Below, in pieces: positions 1 to 12,582 of a DNA stretch of 64,000 bases (position 1 is its first letter; each line of letters begins with the position of its first letter). The translations under genes and the position numbers were made by a program. The DNA is from Octopus vulgaris. Lineage: Eukaryota. The notes under the pieces were generated by a model. It saw only the letters and a list, made by a program, of their open reading frames with translations, made no database searches and had not been told where the DNA came from. The stretch is from the NCBI GenBank assembly GCA_951406725.2, contig OX597825.1:35030001-35094000 (forward strand), written 5' to 3'.

Positions 1-734
1 TCAGCATGCCTATGAAACGAGGTATGTACTGAGAATTTACTAGTAGCAAAAATACTGTTAAGCAATTCCGGGGCTATTTAGAATTGTCTACAGTGTTTAT
101 GGACATAGTATACAACACATATAACATGGCATTGATTTTAAACCAACAAACGTAAAGTTTACCCTATTGTAAATGTTCAATACTTGACGTTTCACGTTTC
201 TCTACCAACAGAAACAATTGCCGGTATTGAGAAGTTACATCCAAGCACTTATGTGTTATACTACGAATTCATACTTTGAAATACTTGAAAATCAATCTTA
301 TCAGACAGCATTGTGTAACAAAGGTTGGATGTATCATTTTCATCATTTCTTGTTTTGTCACAATGCTGAAAGTATAGTATTTCTGACTCTAAGCAATTTA
401 TTTGCATTCTATTGACTTCTTTCAATAATGGCAGAAACCACAAATGTGGTGTCGAAAGGAAGTGGTGTAGTCAATTGAATTAATCCAGGTAAATTACTGG
501 TACTTATATATTCAAGCCAATGAGAAAGGTTCTATCAAGTCAACTCGCTAGAAATAACAGCCAAATTTTTGATTTACTTACACTCTACTGTTTTAAATAA
601 AAGGAAAAATTGGCAGAAAAGTTACAAAAGTAACTTGAAAAACAGGAGTTTCATGTGTGGCACTTATCAAGTTGACTAGTGTCAAACACAAACTCTCAGA
701 CCTTGAAAGTTTTCAATGGCTTATATATATATAT

Positions 735-777
<43 letters not shown>

Positions 778-981
778 TATATATGCATATATACACATGT
801 GGGTGCTGAAAAGTACCGGGCTTTGAGGGTACTGCACTAGGTTCCATAGTTTGTTTTGACTTGGTTTCTACAGTTGGATGCCCTCCTTAGTATCAACCAC
901 CTTACAGAGTGTAGTGGGTGCTTTTTACTTGGCACCAGTACCAATGCTTTTTATGTGCCACCGTGGTTTATATATATATAT

Positions 982-1494
982 AATAATGGGTAAAATTAAT
1001 TAATCAATCAATAATTAATAATTTTACCAAGTAGTTCAGTATGTTAAAAGAACCATTATCGGTAAACTTATACAAAAATTCTATAATTATGAGTATAATT
1101 ATAATTAGGGTCCAGCAAAATTTGCTTCACCACATACCGAAATTTAGAAATAGAAGTTAAACTACTATTTTACTACCATAAGATATCTCCTAGACTCAAC
1201 AACTCATGCAGGTAAAGAGAAAAAAAATATCGAATCCACCTAGCTCTGATTAACTGCATACACGTTTCGGTGTTAGAGAGATGTGAAAAATGTAAAATCA
1301 TATTTCTACTCAATCACTCTCCTCATCAGAACAGTATTTCAAGATTTTACCTGCGTGAGTTGTTGAGTATTGCTGTCTAGGAGATATCTTATGGTAGTAA
1401 AATAGTAGTTTAACTGCTATTTCTAAATTTCGGTATGTGGTGAAGCAAATTTTGCTGAACCCTAATTATAATTATACTCATAATTATAGAATTT
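982..1494. mobile_element. Fold-back Penelope-like remnant with a hammerhead in the loop
   Basis: Inverted arms 1076-1216 / 1346-1494; hammerhead-like core on the minus strand at 1253-1335; a second partial copy at 27075-27256. Confidence 0.7.
1253..1335 (-). ncRNA. Type-I minimal hammerhead ribozyme motif with long stem II
   Basis: ACUGUU-CUGAUGA-GGAGAG...CUCUCUAACACC-GAA-ACGUGU-A^UGCAGU. Confidence 0.6.
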
Positions 1495-1495
1495 A

Positions 1496-1889
1496 TATTC
1501 TTTTACTTGTTTCAGACATTTGACTGCGGCCATGCTGGAGCACCGCCTTTAGTTGAGCAAATCGACCCCGGGACTTATTCTTTGTAAGCCCAGTACTTAT
1601 TCTATCTGTCTCTTTTGCCGAACCGCTAAGTGACGGGGACGTAAACACACCAGCATCGGTTGTCAAGCAATGCTAGGGGGACAAACACAGACACACAAAC
1701 ATATACACACACACATCTATATATATATATATACGACAGGCTTCTTTCAGTTTCTGTCTACCAAATCCACTCACAAGGCTTTGGTCGGCCTGGGGCTATA
1801 GCAGAAGACACTTGCCCAAGATGCCACGCAGTGGGACTGAACCCGGAACCATGTGGTTGGTTAGCAAGCTACTTACTACACAGCCACTT
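1496..1889 (-). mobile_element. tRNA-derived SINE (family A), near full length
   Basis: tRNA-like head (gtggctgtgtagtaag...ggttcagtccc), internal TA/TG tract, 3' tail ggcggtgctccagcatggccgcagtc...gaaacaagtaaaag; many copies in the window. Confidence 0.85.
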
Positions 1890-1956
1890 CTGCAAGACAG
1901 AATGAGATAACAAAACCAAGGCTGTGAGGAGTTTTCAGGACATTTATAAAGAAATA

Positions 1957-2004
1957 GTCTTACAGCTGTTTCTGGGATACTATGGATATCCCTTCATCTG
2001 AGAT
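1957..2004 (-). ncRNA. Degenerate minimal hammerhead motif
   Basis: UCU-CAGAUGA-A-GGGAUA(7)UAUCCC-A-GAA-ACAGCUGU-A^AGA; U4A core change, palindromic stem III. Confidence 0.5.
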
Positions 2005-3969
2005 GGTGTGAGAAGGTTAAAGAGAGAAAATATTTGCGTTCAAATTATTATGGAAAAGGAGGAGATAGGGAATATAGATGGAAATAAGAGAATGAAAGTA
2101 GAAATAAGATACATAAAGATATTGTAGTTGCAGTTCCATTTTTCTAGGAAATGGTGTATAGAAGTGGTAAAAAAGTTTCCTGTACATGGTATGTAAGTTT
2201 CAATAGAAGTTCATGTTTAGTCATGTCAAAGTATGGAGCTGTGGAATCTGTGTTGCTTGTTCAAAAGTGTTTTGTAGTGTGAATGAAAATTTGAGAATGT
2301 ATTGGTAATGTTTGTGGATAGATGGGGAGAGAAGAGATGCGCATGATTAGAAAGAGGAGATAGGTCAAATTGAAAACAGGAGGAGAAAATGAGAGGAAGA
2401 AAGAGAGAAAAAGGAAAAAAAGAAAAGAAGGAAGACAGAGAAAACCAAAAGTGAAAAGAGTGAAAGAAAAAAGTAAAAAAAGGTGAAACTAATATGAAGT
2501 ATCCTTAATGTTGTTATTGGACTGCATGAAATAAAACCATATCTCCCTCAAACCATACCTTACTATCTTATCAAAGGGAAGAACTATGTCTGAAGAAAGA
2601 TGCTCACAAATAAACCATTATCAATCATAATCCCACTCTATCAAGGCTGATCTAAATGATTTAGACCCAAGTTAGTTGTGTCATGCTAGATATAAATCTA
2701 CTACAGTGCTGATCTTTGTGTATACCAATGAGCATGTGCTTAATGTGTCAAAGCCTTGGACTAAATCTTTGATCGCATATCTGCTCTCTCTATGTCTGAC
2801 TGATTTTACTCTACAAAGTCTGCTGTGTAAAGGCTGACTAAAGTCTAAACAGTTAACAACTGGCATTTATTTTATTTTAACAAAACCTGGTGGGATGGAA
2901 GATGACATCAATTCTGGAAAGATTTCATCTATGAATATGAAAATGAAAGTAAATATTCAGAGAAATTTCATATTAGGCTTTCTGGTTAATGTCAATTCCA
3001 TTATAAAAACACTCCATCTCTGTCTGTCTGTCTGTCTGCTTGCCAACTTGTTGGCTTGTCAGTTTGTCTGCTTACCTGCTTATCTATCCATTTTAAATCT
3101 ATCATATCCCTCCATCCATCTAACAATCTCTCGATTTATCCATCCGTAAAACCTAATCTTTTTGCTCACAGATTCTGGTTACAAAACAGAATCAGAGATG
3201 ACAATATTTGTTTTTAATCGAGAATATCCAAACATTAAATCTGATCAGCAGTGCTGTATGAGTAATGGCAGCAAAAAGATCAATACTATTACATTCTGTG
3301 ACACTAAACAACCCTTTCAACTGATCTTGGAATGTCAACTTTAATTTATCTACTCCAACATTAAACATTCATTTATACAGAGAATTCCTCTTGATGGCTC
3401 AGTGGTTTGAAATATAACAAAGAAATTGCAGAACTCATGACCAACCTGGAACCCTTCATAATCTCTTGTCTCTTCATATTTCTCCATTATCCTGACTGAC
3501 TCAAGAGGAGATGATCTTTCTTCTCTCTCTCTATCTCTCTCTTTATATCTCTGCCCTGATCCTTTACCCCTCTTCCTATCTCTGTCTCTCCCTCTCCCTG
3601 TCTGTATTGAAATGGCAAGAGTGGATAGTACCTCTCAAAGTGTAGACCCATAAATCAAAGACAAGGAATTGCCTTTGGTGTTCAAGGAGATCTTGGATGG
3701 TGGGGTTCCTCAATTATCCCTAAAGGTCCTCCTGTATCAGAAGCACCCTTTTTTTCCATTGTATACTATGTATATTTTCTTTCTTTGTTTATTGTATAAC
3801 ATGCATACTTCTTTCCATTTTTATCAAACTGAGCGTGAGTTCAGGGTGAAGTCACTACATGACGGAATAGCAATTATTTTGTCTTAGCTTTCACTGTTTA
3901 TACTAAACACACAACATTTTTGCCTTACGATATGGAACATTTCCTTTTCTTTCACTCTTATTAAAAAAC

Positions 3970-4290
3970 GGTACTCTGTCCATTACGATGATGAGGTTCC
4001 TGTTTATCTGATTAATGGAACAGCCTGCTCATAAAAATTAACCTGCAAGTGGCTGAGTACTCCACAGACATGCATACCATAATGTAGTTCTCAGGGATAT
4101 TCAACCTCACACAGAATGTAACAAGGCTGGCCCTTTGAATTATAGCTACAACTAATTTTTGCCAGCTGAGTGGACTGAAGCAAGGTGGAGTACAATACTT
4201 TATTCGAGAACACAGCACACCACCAGGAATTGTACTCATGACTTTACGATCATGGTCCGAATACCTCTAACTACTGAGCCATGCACCTTT
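3970..4290 (-). mobile_element. tRNA-derived SINE
   Basis: Head ggtgcatggctcagtagttagagg; body shared with 59295-59400. Confidence 0.7.
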
Positions 4291-4694
4291 ATTCTCTTAA
4301 CCGTAGAGAAAAGGAGTGAAGCGATAGAGACAGAGAAAGGGAAGCATCAGTCATTTAAAATGACAATTAGATTGACATATGATTGATCTCTTCTTGCGTC
4401 TTTACTTTTAACAATGAAGAAGAAGGAAAGATATTTAGTAATGAACAGAGGGAAAGTCTTTCAGGTGTTTACGTTTTCATTCTAGGAGTTCTAGAACGAT
4501 TGACTGTTAGTTTTCTTTTCTTTCCCCAACCCCCGGTACTTATTTGCTTTCTTTCATAGTTCTTCATGTCTTTTAGTTGGGGGGAAAGACCATGTTTCTT
4601 TTTCAGGCACATTTAATGTTTCCTCTACAAACTACTAAAAAGCCTTCTTTCCTTCCATTTTTTTTTTCATACAAAAACTAATGCAAAATTCGAA

Positions 4695-4752
4695 CGGGCT
4701 GACCAAAGCCTCATGAGTGGATTTCATAGATGGAAACTAAAAGAAGCCTGTC

Positions 4753-4798
<46 letters not shown>

Positions 4799-5035
4799 CT
4801 ATATGTATATATTTATTTGTGTGTGTTTGCATTTGTGTTTGTCCCCCCCCCCACCATCACTTGACAACCGATGTTGGTGTGTTTGCATCCCCGTAACTTA
4901 GCTGTTTGGCAGAAGAAACTGATAGAATAAGCACCAGGCTTACAGGGAATAAGTCCAGGGGTCGATTTCTTTGGCTAAAATGTGGTGTTCCAGCATGGCT
5001 ATGGTCAAACGACCGAAACAAATAAAAGAACAAAA
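4695..5035 (+). mobile_element. SINE family A, 5'-truncated
   Basis: Colinear with the reverse complement of 1496-1800. Confidence 0.8.
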
Positions 5036-5677
5036 GAATACCAGAAGAACATTCTGTACCACTAAACCAAGAAGTTGTAAAAAATATATTTTTTCTCAAA
5101 ATCAAAAACGCAGTAAAATTAATCATTGTCCTCCTTCCCCTGTTACTCTTTTATGGATTTTTGAATGGATTTTTGTTATGCATTTTGTTGCACCACCCAT
5201 CAAGATCCCAGAGTGTTAGTTAGTTCCTTTACAACCAGCCAGCAAAGAATTAGTCAAGAGGAAGTTGTCACCCAAAGTCTCTTCTTCATTGAAACAACAT
5301 CCTTGGTTTCATGTTTATTTTTAAGGTTTAGAGGAGTAAGGGGGTGGGCAGCAAGGTAACAAAATCCTATTGTAGAGCAACACACAAAATAGCAACAAAC
5401 TATCAGCTAAAACTTCCACCACCACCATCAACATCAACAATGGTAATGAGACTAAACATGAGATAATTATTAGCATCAACAACAGTAGCATCAAAAAATG
5501 AAAAAGACACTTAATAAAATCAATGAAACCTTGAAATGAAATTTCAGGAACAGTAATGATACAACAACCATCACTACCATTGCTATTACCAAGTCTGAAA
5601 GGGAGACTATCAAGAAAACTGCAATTATTATTGTCAGCAGCTCCACCAGTGTATAGCAGTTACTCAAATTCAAATGC

Positions 5678-6157
5678 ACCCTTATAAGGCCTAGCCAGGC
5701 TCATGGGCCTGGTTTCCCAGTTTCTATGGCATAAGTGTTACCCAGCTGGACGGGATGCCAGTCCATCGCAGCGTTACTCATTTTTGCCAACTGAGTGGAA
5801 TGGAGCAACGTGAAATGAAGTGTTTGCTCAAGAACACGATGTGTCACCTGTTCCAGGAATTGAAACCACAATCTTACGATCATGATGCTGACACCCTAAC
5901 CGCCATGCTAATAGTTACTAGTAAAAAAAATGAAAAAAGAATAAAGATCCTTCCTGAGTCATATACACTCTTAAGGCCGGTTTCCCAGTTTCCACGGTAT
6001 ATTTATTCCCCACCTGGGTAGGACACTGGTCTGTTGCAGGATTATTCATTTTTGCTGGTTGAGTGGACTGGAGGAATGTGAAATGAAGTGGTTTAATCAA
6101 GAACATGTGTTGCTCAGTCAAAGAATTGAAACCGCAATCTTACAGTCATAAGTCCAC
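5678..6157 (-). mobile_element. Two adjacent family C SINEs (5678-5905, 5960-6157)
   Basis: Both align to 17961-18220; contain gcgatggactggcatccc, which resembles the MetaSINE central domain (from memory, unverified). Confidence 0.75.
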
Positions 6158-6395
6158 AATGGAACTGATCATGACAGAACTGATTGTCTCCTCTTCCAGA
6201 ATATTTGACTTTGTGCCTGTTGTCATCATCATCATTTAATATCCTTTTTCCATGCTGGCATGAGTTGGACAGTCTGATAGGAGCTGGCCAGCTAGTGAGC
6301 TATCCAGATTCCAATTGTCTGCTGTGGTATGGTTTGTATGGCTGGATGACCTTCCTAATGCCAACCACTTTAGGGAGTGTGCTGAGTGCTTTTTA

Positions 6396-7686
6396 CGAGG
6401 GGCGTTCAATAAGTAATGCTTCTGACCCACTTGCAATTATTTGATCTAGCTGAAATTTTGCATGTACAATTATTCATATCTTTATAGATTAAGTGGCAAA
6501 TTACAGCTCTGAACTAATTGTGGTTTCTGATTTACAGGTGTTTGAACTGAGTCAAGTGTGAAATGGAGCCTGTTGAGTATTGAGCAATGATCCGGTTTTT
6601 GTATTTAAAAGAACACACACCACGGGAGACTTTTGATGAAATGAAAGTAACTTATGGTGATGATGCCCCATCATATGAACTTGTAAAACGCTGGCATCGT
6701 GAATTCAAACCATGGTCGGAACTCTGTGGAAACAGCTCCCAGATCTGGTCGCCCCCTTCTGCCATTGATGAGGCATCTGTCCGTCATGTTGAGGCTGCCA
6801 TTTTGGAAGATCGACGCATAACTATTCGCCAAATAGCCCATGAGGTCAAGATTAGTATCGGGTCTGTGGAAACTATCATTCATGACCATTTGCATATGCA
6901 AAAGGTGTCTGCCAGATGGATTCCCAGGTTGCTCACATCTTTCCAGAAGCAAGAACGTGTCGATTGCTCGAGGATGAATTTGGAGATGTGCCAAGAAGAT
7001 GAGTCAAAATTTTTCAAAAGACTGATTACACAGGATGAAACCTGGGTCCATCACTATGATCCAGAGACCAAAGCCCAGTCAATGCAGTGGACACACTGTG
7101 ACTCACCTCCTCCAAAGAAGGCAAGGGTGCAGCCCTCTGCTGGCAAGGTCATGCTCACAGTCTTCTGGGACCAGGACGGAGTAGTGATGACAGATTTCCT
7201 GGCAAAGGGTGCCACAATTACAGGAGCCTATTATGCTTCACATTTGAGGAAATTAAGAGAAGCTATCAAAATCAAGAGCCGGGCAAGAACAGCAAAGGCA
7301 TCCTCCTCTTGCAGGACAACGCTCCGGAACACAACTCGCGTGTCGCCAGATCAGAAGCACAGGCGTGCAGCTATGAACACATCCCCCATCCCCCTACTCT
7401 CCTGACCTTGCACCCTCTAATTTTAACCTCTTCCCAGTCATGAAGTTGTTTTTGAAAGGAAAGCGTTTCCCAGATGATGCAGCCTTGATTTCTGAAGTCA
7501 CGTCGTGGTTGGAGGACCAAGCTGGGGTCTTCTAAAAAAACGGTCTTCAGAGCTGCATCAAACGATGTGAGAAATGCGTAACTCTGGGTGGTTCCTATGT
7601 AGAAAAAGACTAATAACTGTGCCAAGTTTCGTTGCTCTACTGCTATGGGAAGTGGGTCAGGGGCATTACTTATTGAACGCCCCTCG
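6396..7686 (+). mobile_element. Full-length mariner (irritans-like), inactivated transposase
   Basis: TIRs cgaggggcgttcaataagtaatgc / gcattacttattgaacgcccctcg, TA duplication on both sides, 1291 bp; inserted into an RTE 3' fragment. Confidence 0.95.
6563..7612 (+). pseudogene. Mariner D,D34D transposase pseudogene
   Basis: WIPRLL, ITQDETWVHHYDPE, SAGKVMLTVFWD, LLQDNAPEH, YSPDLAPSNF (third D changed to N); early stop and frameshifts. Confidence 0.92.
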
Positions 7687-8883
7687 TATGTGCCAGCAGC
7701 ACAGGTGCATTTATGCCACACTGACACAAGAGCATTTTACATGGTACTGGGACTGTAAAAGACATACTTGTATTTATGGATGACTGAGATTTTACTTTAG
7801 GAAATTATTATTAAGACGGTGTTTTGGCACAATTGTTTGAGTGTAAGACTTGTAGTATATGTTTTGATTTTTTACATTCTAAGTTCAAATCTAGTCAAAG
7901 ATAAATTTGTTTTTCATCCTTTAGAAGTTAATGAAACAAAATACCAGTCAAGTACTGGAGCTTATATAATCGATTGTACTCTTTCTTCAAATATCAGGTT
8001 CTTGTGCCTGATATGAATAAAGCAATTTTTACGAAATATATTGAATGTCTAAGACAAACATTATTATCCTCCAAGGCAATGTAATGGACATTCATATGCT
8101 CCCAAAACCTTCGCTGTCAAAATAAATAAATGAGCAGTTTTTGAGTGAAACTTGGTGAAATCTAAACTTCTCTGCAACTGTGTTACAGATATCAACAATG
8201 AGTAAAAAAATAACAGCAGCAATAACAACAACAGTAATAATATAAACAACTTAAGAAGAGACATTCTCAAAGTAAAAACAAAACAAAAAAAAACAAGAAA
8301 AATCTCAAAACATCTGAAATGGAAATAGAGCACTTAAAACAAAGACTGCATAATGAAAACACAAATAGTGAATACATAAACCACGAAAATAGACTCATGA
8401 AAAAGAAAGTAAATAACAAAATCAAACTCTAGAATGCCTACAGAATACTAATTAACAAAAGCCCAACCATAACAACTCAGATAAAAACATAATTATCAAG
8501 GAGTATATATATCCGACTTAAGAACAGGAAATTAAAAAAAAGGAAATGATGAACATGCCGATCAAAAAAGAGAAATAATTAAGGAATTAAAATCGATGGA
8601 CTGTCCAATGGATAAACGAAATACCTCCCTACGATAAACCTCAGTGATGTATAACAATAATATCAATCAAACATAGCCATCACAGATTTAATGAAAACAG
8701 ACCCAAATAAACATCACATGAAGGAGTTAGCTTGAAAAAAAACCAAGGAAATAATCTGCGAGTTAACCGTATGCTAAAAGATAGAAAATGAATTAAAAGA
8801 TATGACCATTGTCAATGAAATCAATTAAGGCACAATTGAAAAAAGAAAAAAAAAGAAAGAGGCAATTCTTCTCTTGATATTAA

Positions 8884-9103
8884 TCCCTTAGCATTTAAAC
8901 CAGTCATATTTGACACAAATATTTGGCTTGTTTCATATTCAAACTGTCCAGCTCTAGCCTCTCACACCTATCCTACAATGTCATTCTAAAAATATGAAAT
9001 CCCATTATTGAAATCTCAAAGCTATGAGATAATGTATGATTAATTCAAAACAATGTGAATAAATAGGTATTACATTTGACAGAGGAATCTGAATGCTAAA
9101 AGG
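8884..9103. mobile_element. piggyBac-like MITE (~220 bp)
   Basis: TTAA flanks, TIR ccctt(t)agcatt / aatgctaaaagg; other copies at 10866-11084, 34220-34439, 37327-37535. Confidence 0.75.
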
Positions 9104-9404
9104 TTAAAAAAACAAGTAACCAAAATTAAAGAAGGTGAGAGGGCTTGGCTAAATTCCACCAAGTTTATCAAAATAAAGATGTAAAGTGATTCTGCAAACA
9201 AAAGAAATATTTTGACTCCATTTCCAAAATTATTCTAATGGGAAATAGGTAAAGAGAAAATTGGCATCAATACAGCACACCAGAAAAGTTGAAGAATTCT
9301 GAGGAATATAATGGGAAGTGAAGGAATCACTGTAGATGAGATTGTTCAACACAACAAGCATAGCATCTGAACAATTGTGAAAAGATGTATCAACACAATT
9401 GGTG

Positions 9405-10030
9405 TAGGCATGGCTTTTGGTTAAGAAGCCTGCTTTGCAGTCATGTGGTTTTGTGTTCTGTCTCACTGCATGGTATCCTGGGCATGTCTCATATACTGTA
9501 GCCCTGAGCTGATCAATGCTTTGTGAGTTAATTTGGTATGTGGAAGTTCATTGTGTATGTGTGTATGTTTTTGTGTCTATACCCCCCACCACTGTTACTT
9601 GGCAACCAGTGTTTATTTACATCCCAATAACTTAGTAATTCATTGAAAGAAACCAATAGAATAAGTAGAATAGGGTGGTGAGCTGGCAGAAATGTTAGTA
9701 CGCCGGGTGAAATGCTTAGCAATATTTCGTCTGCTGCTACGTTCTGAGTTCAAATTCTGCCAAGGTTGACTTTGCCTTTCAATCCTTTCGGGGGTCAATT
9801 AAATAAGTACCAGTTATGCACTGGGGTCGATATAATCGAATTAATCCATTTGTCTGTCCTTGTTTGTCCCCTCTGTGTGTAGCCCCTTGTGGGCAGTAAA
9901 GAAATAAGGAACCAATAGAATAAGTACCAGTTTAAAAAATAAGAAAATACTGGGACTGATGTTTGACAAAACCTGGTTTGGCAGTGCCCCAGCAAGGCTG
10001 CCATCCACCAACTGAAATAACTAAGAATGG
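9405..10030 (+). mobile_element. SINE family A interrupted by a family B SINE (~9670-9908)
   Basis: Nested copy flanked by the 17-bp duplication aaccaatagaataagta (9651-9667, 9910-9926). Confidence 0.8.
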
Positions 10031-10499
10031 TAAAAGAGACAGTAAGTAACCCAGATTCTGCAAGAAACAACTGTAATTAGCCAGGATATAAACTTTCAAC
10101 TTCCTAATTAAAATATTTAACAGGGATTTATAAATTGCTAGAAGAAATTATTAATAAGGTGCTGAGAGAGCTGGAGACAACATCTGATTAGCTCACTGAG
10201 ATACAAAAAAAAAAAGTCTTTGACCCTAAGACTAAAGAGAGGGAGATTAAAGTGAATTTAGTGGATTTTATCTTTGAAGGTCATCAGGAAAGGAAATACC
10301 TAATCATTGAAATATAAGTCCTGACAGATGATTGTGCCAAAATTGGGGATTGAAAACAGGGTCAACAATAGGAAAGATTAGGAAAGATTAAAAAAGTTAG
10401 AGGAAAATGTATAACCAAAACTCCAGAATATGCATGCATTTATTATGTAGAATACTTTCAATTCTATAGAAAATGCTAAACTAAAACAAAACACTAATT

Positions 10500-12540
10500 C
10501 ACCCAACAGGCCAAAGACAGATGGTAAAGTCCACTCCCATCTCTTGATAGCCTGTTTCAGCTTTTAGATAGGGATGCAAAATTCTACGAAAGGCTGATGA
10601 CAGCTAACAAAATATGAGATGTGATGATGGGCCGTACAATGGAGAAATCACTGGGGCTGCATGGTCTTTTCTATGAGCATTAATTTCATATGTTTAGGAG
10701 TCTCTTGGCAGATGTCTATTGCAAATGGTAGCAGAATGGGAGAATTTCCAGCACTGAAGAAAGAGTAGTTGTGGTGTTGCTGAGAAAGAACCCAAACAAA
10801 GAGGAGGAATTTGATAATTCTTAAGTTCCATAACTGTTAAATGTAGAATTCAAGATTTTACCCAACCCTTTAGCATTCAGATTACTCAGTCAAATGTAAT
10901 GCTTATTTATTGACATTGTTTTGAATTAATCATGAATTATCTTGTAACTTCAAGATTTTGATGATGTGACTTTTCATTTTTAGAATGACATTTTAGGGTA
11001 GGTATCTGAGGCTGGATCTGGTTGCTTTGAATATAAAAAATGTAGAATTCTCAGAGCAGATACGGTCGGTTTGAATGCTAAGGGGCTCAGATCTTAGCTA
11101 TGATGCTGGTGCTTGTTATTAGTGGTCTTGTTGGTGATGCCCAGACATGTGCCATCCCAAACAGGCTTGACCATGGCAAACTCCACTTCATAAAAATTTA
11201 TTGTAGAAAGGGCAGGTAAAGGACCTGGCATGGATGGGGCCCAGATCAAATTAGATTGATTGAAAACTTTTGACAAGGTTGACCATCAACACTTGGCAGC
11301 TATCCTTCAGAAGCTGGATTGTTGCAATGTAGAACATTTTCCCAGTAAGAATAAATGGCCATCTCTTGGAACCGTTCAGTATCATGCATTTGGTCTATCA
11401 AAACTTCCCCCTCTTGCCTCTTCTGTATGTATTGTGCCTTGATCCACTATTGCAGAAGTTGTGGGATGCTGGACAGATGGGCTGGTTGAACTGTTCAGAA
11501 TTTGATTTGATCCAGACCTCCATGTGGACAAGAACTTGGAAAAGATGATGAAGAGGGTGGCTAGACTCACCCAGAAACATGCCAAGAGGAAACTATTTCT
11601 AAAAGGCTGGGCAGAAGCGAGAACTACCTATGTTACATCCATCATCTACTACTGCCTGATCATTGTACTTCATAACTGGCCAGAATGGAACACTTGCTCT
11701 TCTTTCTGTAGATGTTGTCAACATCTGCTGGAAGGCTGGGCATAACATAACTAATAATGCATAAGCATGTGCTGGGGTTACAACATCTCTGGCGATATTT
11801 TTTATGGGGTTGTCATTTGCCAGACCACTTTTCCATAACTCATCTCTTTGACAGAGCAGTAGTCCTAGATAAACCATAGTCCAAGGAAGAATGCTTGGCA
11901 TATAGGATGCCTCAAGGCATGTGCAGTTTTGTGCAACTCCTCTAATGCAATCAGTAGGTGTTCTGTCATGGTATTCTATCGGGAATTTAGTGGTGGGTAA
12001 GAGCAATAACGATGTCCTTGGAGGAACTCTGCTTATTGATGAAAACCAACTGGATGGTCTGTTTTACAGGGTAGAGGAGAAGTGTCATTGCTGATTCAAG
12101 ATTAACTATATGGGCATGTTAGTGCCATCAGCTATTTGTGCAGTGCACCAAAACCATCCTGCACATATTTGTGTTGTGCTTGAGCAGTGTTGACTAATGG
12201 AGATATGACAAACAGTTGCTGTCATGTGTAGGATGGAAGTAGCTATAGATTGAGTCTATCATGAAGATTACCCCTCTACCTTATTCTGGCTGAGAAAGGT
12301 AGGCAGTTTTCTTCTGTCTGGTGGCTGTTGTGAAAGATGTGTTGTGGACAAAACTGAAAGGACAGAAGACTTTTTCCACTTCAGCCAAACCTCATTGACT
12401 TTTACAAGTTCCACATGTAAAATGTGAGGGTGAACAGGTAGGGACTACCTTCTCCTTCTCCAGAAAATTTGTAAAAGAAATCGGTGAATGTAATGAAAAT
12501 AGTCTGAGTGAATGGACCTACTCTAAATATGTATCTATAG
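10500..12540 (+). mobile_element. Degenerate L1/Tx1-type LINE ORF2 remnant
   Basis: KSLGLHGLFYE (KSPGxDG), VVLLRKNPNK, LLNVEFKIL, KTFDKVDH, PLLPLLYVLCLDPLL; many stops; boundaries approximate. Confidence 0.75.
10866..11084. mobile_element. piggyBac-like MITE nested in the LINE
   Basis: ccctttagcattc ... gaatgctaaggg; reverse complement of 8884-9103. Confidence 0.75.
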
Positions 12541-12582
12541 GCTGTAAAGGAGGAAGAGGAGAGAGGAGCACTTTCCATAGTA

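Noticed and set aside
2897-2938. Possible 42-nt phase-1 exon (DEIFPELMSSSIPP)
   Set aside because: Weak donor (gttttg) and no recognisable NCX similarity.
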